64,000 nucleotides of DNA from an uncultured Pelagibacteraceae bacterium (GCA_902533775.1 CACANA010000001.1:2718-66717); one strand, 5' to 3'; positions 27,434 to 38,687 are shown, numbered from the stretch's first letter. The notes: a model not told the origin generated them from the letters alone. Translations and numbers: made by a program.

Positions 27434-30400
27434 ATGTATATAACTGAAGTTAGTATTAAAAGACCTGTCGTTGCATGGGTAATGTCAATGATACTAATTA
27501 TTTTTGGAATTTTTGTATTTTGGGAATTACCTGTTAGGGAATTACCAGATGGTATTCAGCCTCCAGTAGTACAGGTACAAACCGATTATAAATCTGCTTC
27601 AGCTGAAATTGTTGATGAAGAAATAACACAAAAAATAGAGGATGTTATAGGAGGAGCGGAAGGAATTAAGAACATTGATTCTAGTTCACTAAATGGAAGA
27701 AGTAGAATAAATATTTATTTTAATACAGATATAGATTTAGATGATGCAGCAAATGATATAAGAGAAAGAGTATCAAGAGTTGCAGATAATTTGCCAGATC
27801 AAGCAAACCCACCTCAAATTTTGAAACAAGCAGCAGGTTTTACAACCACAATGTGGGTTGCGCTATCGTCACCAACTTGGAATGATTTGGATTTGGGTGA
27901 TTATGCAGAAAGATATCTTATAGATGCCTTTTCGAGCGTACCAAATGTTGGTAGAATTTTAGTCGGTGGATTAAGAGAGCTTAGTGTTAGAGTTTGGGTA
28001 GATCCTATCAAATTAGCAGCCAATAATCTTACTATTCAGGAAGTCGAGAGAGCATTAAGAAATGAAAATATAAACATCCCCGCTGGAACTTTAGAAGCTA
28101 GTAACAAAGATTTAACTCTTAATATTGATAAGTCTTACTCTAACATTGAAACAATCAAGCAGCTTCCTCTTAAGAAAAACAAAGATAAAGTCACAACCCT
28201 TTCTGATATTGCAAATGTTGAGCTTGGTCCAGTTTCTGAGAAAACTTTATTTAAAGCTCAAAGAAAAAATGCAGCTAATTTAAAAACAGTTGGGATTGGA
28301 ATATACGCAAAAAGTGGAGCATCAACCGTCGAACTTTCAAATCAAATTAAAGAGAAAATAAACGTTTTAAATCAATCTTTACCAGATGGTTTAAAGTTAG
28401 AAATAGCATTTAATAGAGCAACTTACGTAGGAACTGCAATACAGGAAGTTTATAAAAGTTTAATTATTGCTTTTATTTTGGTTGTAGTAATAATTTACTT
28501 GTTTTTAGGAAACCTAAAAGCTGTAATTGTACCAGCTGTAGCTTTGCCAGTAAGTTTAATTGGTTCGTTTTTAGGTTTATATATATTTGATCTTTCTATA
28601 AATATATTTGTTCTCCTAAGTTTTATTTTAGCAATTGGAATAATAACTGATGATTCTGTAATAATGACAGATGCAATTTATACAAGAATTGAAACAGGAG
28701 AAACGCCACTTGTAGCTGCTTATAATGGCTCAAGACAAATAACATTTGCGATAATAGCTACAACTTTAATCTTAGTTGCAGTTTTTTTACCTTTAATTTT
28801 TATTGAGGGTATAGCTGGTACCTTGTTTAAGGAAACCGCAATAGCACTATCTTTCTCAATTGTTGTTTCTTCGTTTGTGGCTTTAACTCTTTCACCAATG
28901 TTAGGAAGTAAGTTTTTAAATAAAAAAGAAAAAATTAATTTTTTTGTAAAAAAATTTAATAATGGATTTAAATCTTTTACAGAATTTTATACCGATACCT
29001 TAAAATTTTGGATTAATAAACAGAAAACAATTTCGATATTTATAATTCTATTAATTACAGCTTCAGTTTATTTATTTAACTTTACTAAAAAAGAATTGAT
29101 ACCATTAGAAGATAGGGGGGCTTATTTAATAATTGGTTCTACTGATGAAGGAAGTTCATTCGAGTACACGCAAGAAAAAGCACAAATTATTGAGGGAAGA
29201 ATATTAAAATTGTTACAAGCAGAAGACAGCCCTTACCAAAGATTAATTATGAGGGTACCTGGTTTCGGTAAGTCCGCAACTTCATATAATACTTTTATTA
29301 TAATTGCACTTTTAGATGAATGGAAAAATAGAGAAAAGAGTACACAAGTTGTTTTAAGAGAAGCTATTGGACAAGTTGTTAGTGTGCCTGAAACGTTTGC
29401 GTTTCCTATATCACCTCAATCTATAAGAATTTCTAGCTACAATAAACCAGTTCAAATGGTGATTTATGGGACAAGTTATGAAGAGTTAGAACAAATTCAA
29501 AGTCAAGTTTTAAGAGAACTAAGAAGAAATAGAAATATGTTTAGAATTGAAAGTGATTACACAAAAAATAAACCTGAAGTAAAATTAATCACAAATAAAA
29601 ATCGAGCAAATGATTTAGGAGTTTCAATAGAAAATATAGGCAGAACACTAGAAACATTATACGGTGGAAAGAGAGTTACAACATATAATAAAGAAGGAAG
29701 AGAATACCCCATTATTCTTCAGCAGTATTTAGCAGATAGAAGAGATAAAGATGGCTTATCAAAGATTTTTGTAAGATCTGAAACTACAGGAAAATTAGTA
29801 TCTGTTGCAAGTTTGGTAGAATTTGAAGAGAAAGGAACTGCTGAGTCATTACCTAGATATAATAGACAAAGAGCAGTAACTATATCGGCAGCTTTATCTG
29901 AAGAATACACATTGTCTGAAGCTATAAAATATTTAGAAGACGTAATGTTGAAAGTTGCTCCTCAAAATCAAATAACTTGGAAAGGTAAGTCCGAAGAACT
30001 AAAAGAGACTAGTAACGAAATATTTCTTATTTTCGCTTTAGCATTAATAACTGCATATTTAGTAATGGCTGCTACTTTTAACTCTTTTGTCCATCCTTTT
30101 ATTATTATATTAACTGTGCCTCTTGCAGTTTTTGGAGGTCTTGTATTCATTTTGTTTCTAAATAGTTCGATAAATATATTTTCACAAATTGCCTTGATTA
30201 TATTAATTGGTATATCCACTAAAAATAGTATTCTTATAGTTGACTATACTAATCAAATTCGAACAACAGGTGCAAAAATTGAGGAAGCATTGATGGAAGC
30301 TTGTAAATTAAGAATAAGACCAATCATAATGACTTCATTAAGCACCATGATTGCAATGTTACCACTTATAGTAGGTAACATAGGTCCGGGCGCAGGTGAG

Positions 30401-30562
30401 GCATCTAGATTAGCAGTTGGATCAACAATCTTTGGTGGAATGATTATTTCTACATTCTTTACATTATATGTTACACCAACTATGTATTTGACACTAGCCA
30501 AAAATACCAAGAGAATAGATGCAGTAGATCTGGAACTAGAAAAGCAGTTGATTAAAAAATAA
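27434..30562 (+). CDS. RND efflux permease (AcrB/AcrD/AcrF family)
   Basis: IKRPV, GIITDD, TKNSILIVD, RIRPIIMTS; proton-relay residues present. Confidence 0.93.
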   Translation: MYITEVSIKRPVVAWVMSMILIIFGIFVFWELPVRELPDGIQPPVVQVQTDYKSASAEIVDEEITQKIEDVIGGAEGIKNIDSSSLNGRSRINIYFNTDIDLDDAANDIRERVSRVADNLPDQANPPQILKQAAGFTTTMWVALSSPTWNDLDLGDYAERYLIDAFSSVPNVGRILVGGLRELSVRVWVDPIKLAANNLTIQEVERALRNENINIPAGTLEASNKDLTLNIDKSYSNIETIKQLPLKKNKDKVTTLSDIANVELGPVSEKTLFKAQRKNAANLKTVGIGIYAKSGASTVELSNQIKEKINVLNQSLPDGLKLEIAFNRATYVGTAIQEVYKSLIIAFILVVVIIYLFLGNLKAVIVPAVALPVSLIGSFLGLYIFDLSINIFVLLSFILAIGIITDDSVIMTDAIYTRIETGETPLVAAYNGSRQITFAIIATTLILVAVFLPLIFIEGIAGTLFKETAIALSFSIVVSSFVALTLSPMLGSKFLNKKEKINFFVKKFNNGFKSFTEFYTDTLKFWINKQKTISIFIILLITASVYLFNFTKKELIPLEDRGAYLIIGSTDEGSSFEYTQEKAQIIEGRILKLLQAEDSPYQRLIMRVPGFGKSATSYNTFIIIALLDEWKNREKSTQVVLREAIGQVVSVPETFAFPISPQSIRISSYNKPVQMVIYGTSYEELEQIQSQVLRELRRNRNMFRIESDYTKNKPEVKLITNKNRANDLGVSIENIGRTLETLYGGKRVTTYNKEGREYPIILQQYLADRRDKDGLSKIFVRSETTGKLVSVASLVEFEEKGTAESLPRYNRQRAVTISAALSEEYTLSEAIKYLEDVMLKVAPQNQITWKGKSEELKETSNEIFLIFALALITAYLVMAATFNSFVHPFIIILTVPLAVFGGLVFILFLNSSINIFSQIALIILIGISTKNSILIVDYTNQIRTTGAKIEEALMEACKLRIRPIIMTSLSTMIAMLPLIVGNIGPGAGEASRLAVGSTIFGGMIISTFFTLYVTPTMYLTLAKNTKRIDAVDLELEKQLIKK

Positions 30563-31151
30563 TATATTTTCTAGTAGTCAAAGATTTGCTACATTTATTA
30601 AGCTGCTTCTTGAATTTGTTCGAATAACCCTCTACTTTTTTAGCCAATACTATAACTTTCTGATTATTTTTATAATTTTTATAATTTCCCCAGCCTTCAT
30701 GATAAGCAATATATTGTCTGAAAGCATCTTTTTTTGAAACCTTTAAAATTTTTTCTGTTTTGTTTGTATACCAGCCAATAAAATCAACACTATCTTTAAA
30801 TCTAGTTCTTAAAGCATATTTATTTCCAGTCTCATCTTTATATTGTTTCCAAGTACCTTTAATAGCTTGTGAGTATCCAAATGAACTAGAAGGTCTTTTA
30901 TAAGGTATAACTTTAAATAATTTTTGACGCGCAGGCTTAGCGAGCCAGTCAAAATCAGATTCCATTTTTATTATTGCTAATTGTAAGTTGATTGGTGTTC
31001 CCCACTTTTTTTCAGTTTTTTTTGCGTGTTTATACCAAAGATATCTCTCAGAAAATATTGAACAGCCATCTGCTGTATTTTGTGGTATCGATGAGCAAGC
31101 AGTTAAAAATAATAGACCAAAAAATAAAAAATACTTTCTAAAAAGAATCAC
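30552..31151 (-). CDS. transglycosylase SLT-domain lipoprotein
   Basis: Lipobox LTA/C, IIKMES, SSFGYSQA, YIAYHEGWG. Confidence 0.8.
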   Translation of the reverse strand: MILFRKYFLFFGLLFLTACSSIPQNTADGCSIFSERYLWYKHAKKTEKKWGTPINLQLAIIKMESDFDWLAKPARQKLFKVIPYKRPSSSFGYSQAIKGTWKQYKDETGNKYALRTRFKDSVDFIGWYTNKTEKILKVSKKDAFRQYIAYHEGWGNYKNYKNNQKVIVLAKKVEGYSNKFKKQLNKCSKSLTTRKYIIF

Positions 31152-31164
31152 AGTTTAATATAAA

Positions 31165-31677
31165 TTATCTATTATTTTTTCTCCATATCCATGGATAATC
31201 AAATTCCATACTCCATAAACCTAACTTATTGTTTTTTGCATAAATTTGATCTTTAGAATATTTTTTCTTCGAATATTTTGGATAGTCGAAGGCTAATCCA
31301 TTTCTTACCATGTAAGCTGAAACACTTTCATTATTGATAAAACACTCACCTAAATACCTACCAAAATAGTCCTTTTGTGGCTCAATTAGACATTTTAATT
31401 TTTTATTTATAATTTTTTCTGTAAGAGAATTTTTTGAAATTTTTCCACAATTAATTTTTTTTTTATTTTTTAGGCAAAACTGTTGCTTCCCTTTAAATTT
31501 AGTTTCTGGAGCATCTATGCCTGAAAAACGAATTTTTTTATTATCTAATAAAATTGTATCGCCATCAATTATTTTAATCTTATCTGAAATTAGGATTGTT
31601 TCTGATAGTAAGTAATTTGTTGCTACAAATGTAAATAAAAATATAAAACTAACTAACTTCAGTAGTTGCTTTTTCAT
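31165..31677 (-). CDS. thermonuclease (SNase-like) family protein
   Basis: IIDGDT, IRFSGIDAPE, DYFGRYLG, MVRNGLA, GLWS. Confidence 0.88.
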   Translation of the reverse strand: MKKQLLKLVSFIFLFTFVATNYLLSETILISDKIKIIDGDTILLDNKKIRFSGIDAPETKFKGKQQFCLKNKKKINCGKISKNSLTEKIINKKLKCLIEPQKDYFGRYLGECFINNESVSAYMVRNGLAFDYPKYSKKKYSKDQIYAKNNKLGLWSMEFDYPWIWRKNNR

Positions 31678-31957
31678 TGCATTCTTGCATTTTTTTTCTA
31701 ATTTGATCTTCGGATATATTTTTATCTTTTAAATCTCCATAAAGCTTTCTATACACATCTTCATCACCTGCCTCAGCAAAATCTGCTTTAATTACATCTT
31801 GAATATATTGATTTTTTTTTTCCTCATCATATCCAAGAATTTGTGAGGCCCACTCTCCTAAATATTTATTTTTTCTTGCATTAATTTTAAATTGTTTTTC
31901 CTCATCATGAGCAAATTTTTTTTCAAAACCTTTTTTTCTTTCATCGAATGAACTCAT
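31649..31957 (-). CDS. F1Fo-ATPase inhibitor zeta subunit (DUF1476)
   Basis: SFDERKKGFEKKFAHDEE, ARKNKYLGEWA, EAGDEDV. Confidence 0.88.
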   Translation of the reverse strand: MSSFDERKKGFEKKFAHDEEKQFKINARKNKYLGEWASQILGYDEEKKNQYIQDVIKADFAEAGDEDVYRKLYGDLKDKNISEDQIRKKMQECNEKATTEVS

Positions 31958-32325
31958 TGTAATCTACCTTTATAAATTATTTTAAAAACTAAAAACGATA
32001 TAAATACACCTATTATATTACCAAACAAATCACCTAATTCAAATCCTCTTTCTGGAATTATTAATTGCATAATTTCTAAAACAATAGAAATACAAATAAG
32101 ATAAATAAATATATTTTTTAATTTATGTTTAAAAACAATTAATCCTAGAATTGATATAATAAAGAAAACATAAACGTGATTTGAAGATACTAAAAAATCT
32201 CTTGTTAATTGTGGTTGAATTTTACAATCACTATAAATAAAACATCCAAAAATACTACCGGGATATAAGTAAAAAATAAATAAAACTACGTTAGACAGAT
32301 AAAAAAACTGCTTTAAGTAATTCAT
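31954..32325 (-). CDS. VanZ-like membrane protein
   Basis: NHVYVF, LEIMQLIIPERGFELGDLFGNIIG. Confidence 0.75.
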   Translation of the reverse strand: MNYLKQFFYLSNVVLFIFYLYPGSIFGCFIYSDCKIQPQLTRDFLVSSNHVYVFFIISILGLIVFKHKLKNIFIYLICISIVLEIMQLIIPERGFELGDLFGNIIGVFISFLVFKIIYKGRLQ

Positions 32326-32351
32326 AGTTAATCTATATTAAATTTTCACAA

Positions 32352-33062
32352 ATGAGTCACTTAATACTTGTTAGACATGGTCAAAGCGAATGGAATTTAG
32401 AAAATAAATTTACAGGATGGGTCGACGTTGAGCTCGCACCACAAGGTAAATTAGAAGCCTGTAAAGCCGGAGAGTTTATAAAAAAATTAAATTTAGAAAT
32501 AAAACATTTTTATACTTCATATCAACTAAGATCGATTGATACCTTGAAGCTCATTTTAAATACGATCAGAGTAAAACCAAATAATATAATTAAGGCCTGG
32601 CAATTAAATGAAAGGCACTACGGGTCACTTACAGGATTAAATAAAGATGAAATGAGGAAAAAATTAGGAGAAAAAGAAGTTCACAAATTCAGAAGATCTT
32701 GGGATAATCCGCCAAAACCATTGAACACAAATAGTCCTTATCATCCAAAAAATATAAGTATTTATAATGATATACCTCGTAACTTAATTCCAGATACAGA
32801 GTCCTTAAAAGATACTTATGATAGAGTTGTGCCCTATTTTGTTGAAAACATAGAGAAAAATTTACACGATAACACAATTATATCTGCTCATGGAAATTCT
32901 ATTAGATCGCTTTTAAAATATTTATTTAAAATTGATGACAATGAAATTTCCAAACTTGAAATACCAACCGGAAATCCTCTACTTTTGAAATTTGAAAAAA
33001 AGAATATAAAAGAAGCTAAATACCTCGATCAGAGTAGATCTAGGGATTTAATTAAATTCTAA
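32352..33062 (+). CDS. gpmA: 2,3-bisphosphoglycerate-dependent phosphoglycerate mutase
   Basis: LVRHGQSEWN, FTGWVD, LNERHYG, AHGNS, IPTG. Confidence 0.95.
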   Translation: MSHLILVRHGQSEWNLENKFTGWVDVELAPQGKLEACKAGEFIKKLNLEIKHFYTSYQLRSIDTLKLILNTIRVKPNNIIKAWQLNERHYGSLTGLNKDEMRKKLGEKEVHKFRRSWDNPPKPLNTNSPYHPKNISIYNDIPRNLIPDTESLKDTYDRVVPYFVENIEKNLHDNTIISAHGNSIRSLLKYLFKIDDNEISKLEIPTGNPLLLKFEKKNIKEAKYLDQSRSRDLIKF

Positions 33063-33751
33063 CCTTTTTGCAAAAGTTTTTCGTAAATCTCATTATCTGT
33101 CAAATGTAGAAATTCAATATTACTCTCGAAACCGTGCAAATTTTCCTTTTCAATGTAGTTGTCCCAAATCTCATTCATTGAGAATATTTTTTTTGATAAA
33201 TTTTTTAAAATATTTTTATTTATAATTTGACATCCCGTATAAATATAATTTTTATCATTATTTTTATTTAAATTATTACCAGCAAGAGAGAAATTGCCTT
33301 TAAGTCTTTTATCAAAACTTAAATCTTTTTTTACAACCATTAAAATATTTTCTAAGTTATTTTTAAAATATATATTTTCCATCTGCTTAATTTCATTTGC
33401 ATATTCAGTGTTCCAAATTGTATCAGGATTAAAAACTATAAAATCTCTTTCAACTGAATTATTTACAACATTTAAAAGACCGCCCCCTGTGTCTAATATT
33501 TCAGCACCATCTTCTATGATTTGAATTTCTAAACCAAAATTATTTGAAAATATAAAATCTTTAATTTTCTCACTTAAATAAAAAGTATTAATTTTTAAAG
33601 ATTTTATCTCTAATACTTTTATCAAATTTATAGTATTTTCTAATAAGCTAATCTCATTGATTTTCAAGAGTGGTTTTGGAGTTTTCTCAGTTAATGGCAT
33701 TAATCTTTTTCCAAAGCCTGCACATAAAATTATTGCTGTTTTAATTTTCAT
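33059..33751 (-). CDS. murU: MurNAc-alpha-1-P uridylyltransferase-like nucleotidyltransferase
   Basis: LCAGFGKRLMPLT..TPKPL, LDTGGG; follows amgK-like kinase. Confidence 0.75.
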   Translation of the reverse strand: MKIKTAIILCAGFGKRLMPLTEKTPKPLLKINEISLLENTINLIKVLEIKSLKINTFYLSEKIKDFIFSNNFGLEIQIIEDGAEILDTGGGLLNVVNNSVERDFIVFNPDTIWNTEYANEIKQMENIYFKNNLENILMVVKKDLSFDKRLKGNFSLAGNNLNKNNDKNYIYTGCQIINKNILKNLSKKIFSMNEIWDNYIEKENLHGFESNIEFLHLTDNEIYEKLLQKG

Positions 33752-34694
33752 TTTTTTTTATTTTTGGATTTTCTTTTAGAAAATTTATTAAATCATTAAA
33801 ATTTGAATTATTTTTCATACGATTATCAATTAATTTCCATGCATAAGGTATTAATTTTAAATATTTCTTTTTTTTATCTCTATTTGCAAGTCTTGTGAAT
33901 ATACCAATTATTTTTAGATTTCTTAAAACAGATAAAATTTCAAAATCATTAATAAATTGAGATTTATTTTTATACTTAAATTTACTAAGAAATACTTTTA
34001 AAATATTTGACTTAAAACTATTTGAAGTTTTAATTCTTACATCATCTATAAGTGAGGCTAAATCATATGCTGGATTACCTAGGACTGCATCTTGACTATC
34101 TATTAAAGCGATTTTATTTTTATAAAACATCATATTTGAGACGTGAAAATCTCTATGTACAAATACTTTCTGTTTGATTTTTAAATTTAAATACAAATTA
34201 TCTATTATTTTTTTGAGATTTTTTTTTATATATCCTTTTTGAATAATTAATTTATTTGCTGGTAAGTACCAATCTAAAAAAAGGTACGATTCTTTAAGTA
34301 TTTTAGCTTTTGAATAGTTTGTTAAATTAAATTTTTTCTTGAGAAAATTTTGAGTTTTAAAATTTTTAATTTTTTGAATTTGATATAAAATTTTCAGTAT
34401 TTTTTTGTATTCATTTAATTTAGTTTTTGAAGATTTAATTTTATCCAACATGTTTTTATTGCCAAAATCCTCAATTTCTATAAAGTTCTTTTTATAATTT
34501 TGACTAATTAAACCTGGTGCTAATATTTTATTTTTAATCAATATTTTGTTAACAGCATCATAATTTAACAAGTTTGATCGCTTTTGAATTTTGCTATAAA
34601 CTAATACTGAATTATTTGTTCTATAAAATTGTCTAAAAGATGCATCTCCTGATAACTTTTTAAATTTTTTCAAATTCATTAAAATCAAAATCAA
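33741..34694 (-). CDS. amgK: anomeric MurNAc/GlcNAc kinase-like phosphotransferase
   Basis: GDASFRQFYR, HRDFHVSN, IDSQDA, YDLASL, LKIIGIFTRL. Confidence 0.8.
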   Translation of the reverse strand: MILILMNLKKFKKLSGDASFRQFYRTNNSVLVYSKIQKRSNLLNYDAVNKILIKNKILAPGLISQNYKKNFIEIEDFGNKNMLDKIKSSKTKLNEYKKILKILYQIQKIKNFKTQNFLKKKFNLTNYSKAKILKESYLFLDWYLPANKLIIQKGYIKKNLKKIIDNLYLNLKIKQKVFVHRDFHVSNMMFYKNKIALIDSQDAVLGNPAYDLASLIDDVRIKTSNSFKSNILKVFLSKFKYKNKSQFINDFEILSVLRNLKIIGIFTRLANRDKKKKYLKLIPYAWKLIDNRMKNNSNFNDLINFLKENPKIKKNEN

Positions 34695-35142
34695 TATTAT
34701 TAGATATAATTAAGTACCTATTTTCAAGCTTTTCATCATATTCAAACTTTAATGTAAAAGTACTTTCTATATTTTTACCTAAGATTTCAGGCCATTCAAT
34801 TAGTCTGGCATAATCTTCTAGATTTTCATTAATTCCTAAATTATTTAAATCTTTTTTATCTTTAATTCTGTAAAGATCAAAATGTCTAATAATCAAAGAA
34901 TTAATCTCATATTCATTTATAATATTAAAAGTTGGACTAGGTATTTCTGTTCTTTCTAAACCATTTTTTGTTTGAAGATAATTGATTAGATACCTGATAA
35001 ATGTAGTCTTACCTACGCCGATATTTCCATAAAAAAGCAAAGTTGTATTTTTACTAACTTTACTTGCAATTTTTTCAGCAATTTTTTGTGTGATAATTTC
35101 TTTTGAAATATCTATTTTGCTACTTTTAGTAGCGATAGGCAT
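34660..35142 (-). CDS. tsaE: t6A biosynthesis ATPase TsaE
   Basis: [26 protein letters not shown]. Confidence 0.9.
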   Translation of the reverse strand: MPIATKSSKIDISKEIITQKIAEKIASKVSKNTTLLFYGNIGVGKTTFIRYLINYLQTKNGLERTEIPSPTFNIINEYEINSLIIRHFDLYRIKDKKDLNNLGINENLEDYARLIEWPEILGKNIESTFTLKFEYDEKLENRYLIISNNIDFDFNEFEKI

Positions 35143-36412
35143 CTGGTTTATAAGGTCCTTCTGGTGTTACGCTTATATATTTTGCTTGATCATCTGATAA
35201 TTTGGTTAATTTAGCTCCAACTTTTTCTAAATGAAGTCTGGCTACTTTCTCATCTAAATGTTTAGGTAAAACATATACTTTTTTGTCATATTTATCTGAG
35301 TTATTCCATAATTCTATCTGAGCTGTTACTTGATTTGTAAAAGAAGCACTCATTACAAAACTAGGGTGTCCTGTTGCACATCCAAGATTAACCAATCTAC
35401 CTTCTGCTAATAAAATAATTCTTTTTCCATCTGGCAATGTAATTTCGTGAACTTGTGGTTTTATTTCATCCCATTTATAATTTTTAAGAGCATCTACTTG
35501 GATTTCATTATCAAAGTGACCAATATTGCATAGAATTGCTCTATCTTTCATTTCTCTCATATGGTCAGCTGTCACAATATCTTTATTTCCTGTTGCAGTA
35601 ACAACAATGTCGGCTTCTTTTATCATCTCATCCATTAAGACTACTTCATAACCTTCCATTGCAGCTTGGAGAGCACAAATTGGATCTGTTTCTGTAACCA
35701 TAACTCTTGCACCGCTTTGGCGAAGAGAAGCAGCGCTTCCTTTTCCAACATCTCCAAATCCAGCTACAATAGCTACCTTACCTGACATCATGACGTCAGT
35801 AGCTCTTTTAATTCCATCAACTAAACTTTCTCTGCAACCATATAAATTGTCGAACTTAGATTTTGTTACTGAGTCATTAACATTTATTGCTGGAACAAGT
35901 AAATTGCCTTCACTTTCCATTTTTTTTAATGCTAAAACTCCTGTAGTTGTCTCTTCTGATAAACCTTTAACATCATTTAATAGTTCTTTATAATCTTTGT
36001 GCATCAATGCTGTAAGATCGCCGCCATCATCAAGTATCATATTTGGTTTCCAGCCATCTTTTCCTACAATAGTTTGCTTTACACACCACCAATATTCTTC
36101 TTCTGTTTCGCCTTTCCAAGCAAATACAGGAATGCCAGCTTTTGCAATTGCTGCTGCTGCATGGTCTTGTGTCGAAAAAATATTACATGAGGACCATCTT
36201 ACTTCGGCTCCTAACTCAACTAAAGTTTCTATTAAGACTGCTGTTTGTATTGTCATGTGTAAACAACCAACAATCCGAGCTCCATTTAAAGGTTTTTTAC
36301 CCTTATATTCTTCTCTAAGGGCCATTAATCCTGGCATTTCAGTTTCAGCCAGTGAAATTTCTTTTCTCCCAAATTCCGCTTGGGATATATCTTTTACTTT
36401 AAAATCTTCCAT
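35126..36412 (-). CDS. ahcY: S-adenosylhomocysteine hydrolase
   Basis: [42 protein letters not shown]. Confidence 0.97.
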   Translation of the reverse strand: MEDFKVKDISQAEFGRKEISLAETEMPGLMALREEYKGKKPLNGARIVGCLHMTIQTAVLIETLVELGAEVRWSSCNIFSTQDHAAAAIAKAGIPVFAWKGETEEEYWWCVKQTIVGKDGWKPNMILDDGGDLTALMHKDYKELLNDVKGLSEETTTGVLALKKMESEGNLLVPAINVNDSVTKSKFDNLYGCRESLVDGIKRATDVMMSGKVAIVAGFGDVGKGSAASLRQSGARVMVTETDPICALQAAMEGYEVVLMDEMIKEADIVVTATGNKDIVTADHMREMKDRAILCNIGHFDNEIQVDALKNYKWDEIKPQVHEITLPDGKRIILLAEGRLVNLGCATGHPSFVMSASFTNQVTAQIELWNNSDKYDKKVYVLPKHLDEKVARLHLEKVGAKLTKLSDDQAKYISVTPEGPYKPDAYRY

Positions 36413-36456
36413 AGAAAGAGGCTTTTAACAATTTTACTTAATATATCAACAAAGAT

Positions 36457-37989
36457 TTATGCTTCTGGGAAAATTATTTCAATTCTTGCCCCTTTATCTT
36501 TATTATTAGATGCGTTGATTTCACCACCATGAATTTCAACTAAATTTTTGACAATATTTAATCCCAAACCCGAATGTTCTCCAAAGTTTTCAGGTCTATT
36601 ACTATAAAATCTATTAAATATCTTATTTGTATCCTTTTCACTAAATCCAGATCCCTGATCAACGACAACTAATTTAATTTTGTCATTTTTATCTTTTGAT
36701 ATTTCAACGGTAATTTCTTGATTATTTTCACTAAAAGAAATTGAGTTTTCTAGTAAGTTTGCAATAATTTGTTCAATTCTATTTTCTATCCCTAAGATAC
36801 TATAATTTTTAATTCCATTAGATTTCAATTTAATTCCAATCGATTTTTTTGTTTCATAGATACTGTTAAAATCGTCAACAACAGATTGAGCAATCTCTTT
36901 TAAATTTAATTTTTGCATTTTCTCAGAGGAAATTGCAGCCTCATCTCTTAGCATTTGAGAGTAATCAGTTATTAATCTTTCAATTCTCTCTACGTCATGT
37001 GATACTATATTAATTAATTTGTTTCTTTGAGATTTATCATTTGTTTCAGAAATTATCTCAGAGGCACTTTTTAGAGATGCTAAAGGATTTCTGATTTCGT
37101 GCAAAAGGTCTGTTGAATAATTTTCTGCTGTAGTAATTCTTTTGTTTAATTCATTGGTCATTTCATCAAGAGAATTTGATAATTTTCCCAATTCGTCATT
37201 TCTTTTTTTTATATTTCCAATATTGGTCTTTTCCTTACTTTTGTTTTTTATAATATTTGTATATTGAACCAAATTTTTAATTGGTTTTAAGAAGTATCTA
37301 TTTAATACATATGAAAAAATTAAAATTACTAATGCGACAAGCAAAGCAGTTCTGATTATAAAATTTCTTCTTTCATCTATTGCAACCTTTATTTCATTGG
37401 CATTTTCAGTAATAGCTAAATAGCCTATTGTTTTGTTTTCACTGACTACATTTTTAACAGTTACTAATAAAAATTGATCATAGTTTTCTTTAGCGTAAGT
37501 TAACGGTTTTCCATAATCTGATGAATATGAATACTTTTTTAAATCTTCAAATATTTCTTTACTTTCAAAGCTTTTATTACTCTCCTCCAAATTCTTATTT
37601 TGAATACTCTGATTATTTAAGTCACTCATTTCAATTATATTTAGACTTCTTGAGAAAGCATTTGGATCTAAGTCTAATGTATCGGTATCTCCTAATAGAT
37701 TAAATTCACTATCAAATATCTGTACTCTATCTATACTTTGAAACAAAAATTTAGTAGAAAACAGAAACTCTCTAATATCTTCAGATGAGAAATTTATTTT
37801 TAAACGATCAATATTTTCTGTTGTATTATCAATAATTTTTATGTGTGAGGCAGTTTTATTTTTAATGAGCGTAGGTTTTACTGTGTTAAGGTAAAATAAT
37901 GTTAACACACCTATCACTAAAAAAACAATAAAGTTGATAACTAAGAATTTTTTTAAAATAGATTGATTATTAGATTTTGAAGTAGCCAT
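36457..37989 (-). CDS. chvG: sensor histidine kinase ChvG-like
   Basis: 2 TM, HAMP, HEIRNPL, FYSNRP..FGEHSGLGL; adjacent to chvI and ahcY. Confidence 0.8.
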   Translation of the reverse strand: MATSKSNNQSILKKFLVINFIVFLVIGVLTLFYLNTVKPTLIKNKTASHIKIIDNTTENIDRLKINFSSEDIREFLFSTKFLFQSIDRVQIFDSEFNLLGDTDTLDLDPNAFSRSLNIIEMSDLNNQSIQNKNLEESNKSFESKEIFEDLKKYSYSSDYGKPLTYAKENYDQFLLVTVKNVVSENKTIGYLAITENANEIKVAIDERRNFIIRTALLVALVILIFSYVLNRYFLKPIKNLVQYTNIIKNKSKEKTNIGNIKKRNDELGKLSNSLDEMTNELNKRITTAENYSTDLLHEIRNPLASLKSASEIISETNDKSQRNKLINIVSHDVERIERLITDYSQMLRDEAAISSEKMQKLNLKEIAQSVVDDFNSIYETKKSIGIKLKSNGIKNYSILGIENRIEQIIANLLENSISFSENNQEITVEISKDKNDKIKLVVVDQGSGFSEKDTNKIFNRFYSNRPENFGEHSGLGLNIVKNLVEIHGGEINASNNKDKGARIEIIFPEA

Positions 37990-38687
37990 TATTTAACATT
38001 CCAACGATAACCACTACCATATCTAGTTTCTATCGCTGAAAAGTTATTATCTACTTTTTTAAACTTTTTTCTAATCCTTTTTACGTGACTATCTATTGTT
38101 CTATCTTCAATATCCGTGTCTTCTCTGTAAGCAACATCCATTAATTGAGATCTTTCTTTTATAATTCCAGGTCTTTTTGCTAATTCCTTTACAATTAAGA
38201 ATTCTGTTGTTGTTAATTTATCTGGTAATTGCTTGCCATCCCATTCACACTCTAACTGTGAAGGGTCAAGTTTTAATTTTCCATGTGAAATTATATTTCT
38301 ATTATCCTCTAAATTATTATCTTTTTTTCTAAGTTGGACACGAATTCTTTCAATAAGAACTTTAGTTGAAAAGCCACCTGATTTTTTTACAAAATCATCA
38401 GCCCCTAGTTTTAGTCCTAAGAGCTCATCCACCTCTTCATCTTTTGAAGTTAAAAAGATAACGGGCATAGATGTTTTTTTTCTCAATTTTTTTAACAATT
38501 CTTCTCCATCCATTCTTGGCATTTTAATATCTATAACTGCAAGGTCTGGGGGATTTCTTGACAAACCTATTAAGGCACTTTCTCCATTCAAATAAGTTTG
38601 AATATTAAAACCCTCTTTCTCTAGAGCAATACTTAAACTAGTTAATATATTTCTATCATCATCAACAAGGGCAATTGTTTGTTTCAT
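37989..38687 (-). CDS. chvI: response regulator ChvI
   Basis: TIALVDDDRNILTS, DIKMPRMDG, DRTIDSHVKRIRKKF. Confidence 0.92.
   Translation of the reverse strand: MKQTIALVDDDRNILTSLSIALEKEGFNIQTYLNGESALIGLSRNPPDLAVIDIKMPRMDGEELLKKLRKKTSMPVIFLTSKDEEVDELLGLKLGADDFVKKSGGFSTKVLIERIRVQLRKKDNNLEDNRNIISHGKLKLDPSQLECEWDGKQLPDKLTTTEFLIVKELAKRPGIIKERSQLMDVAYREDTDIEDRTIDSHVKRIRKKFKKVDNNFSAIETRYGSGYRWNVK

Noticed and set aside
31165-31677. Thermonuclease as a defence or toxin gene
   Set aside because: Ordinary exported SNase-like protein in a housekeeping run; no immunity or defence partners
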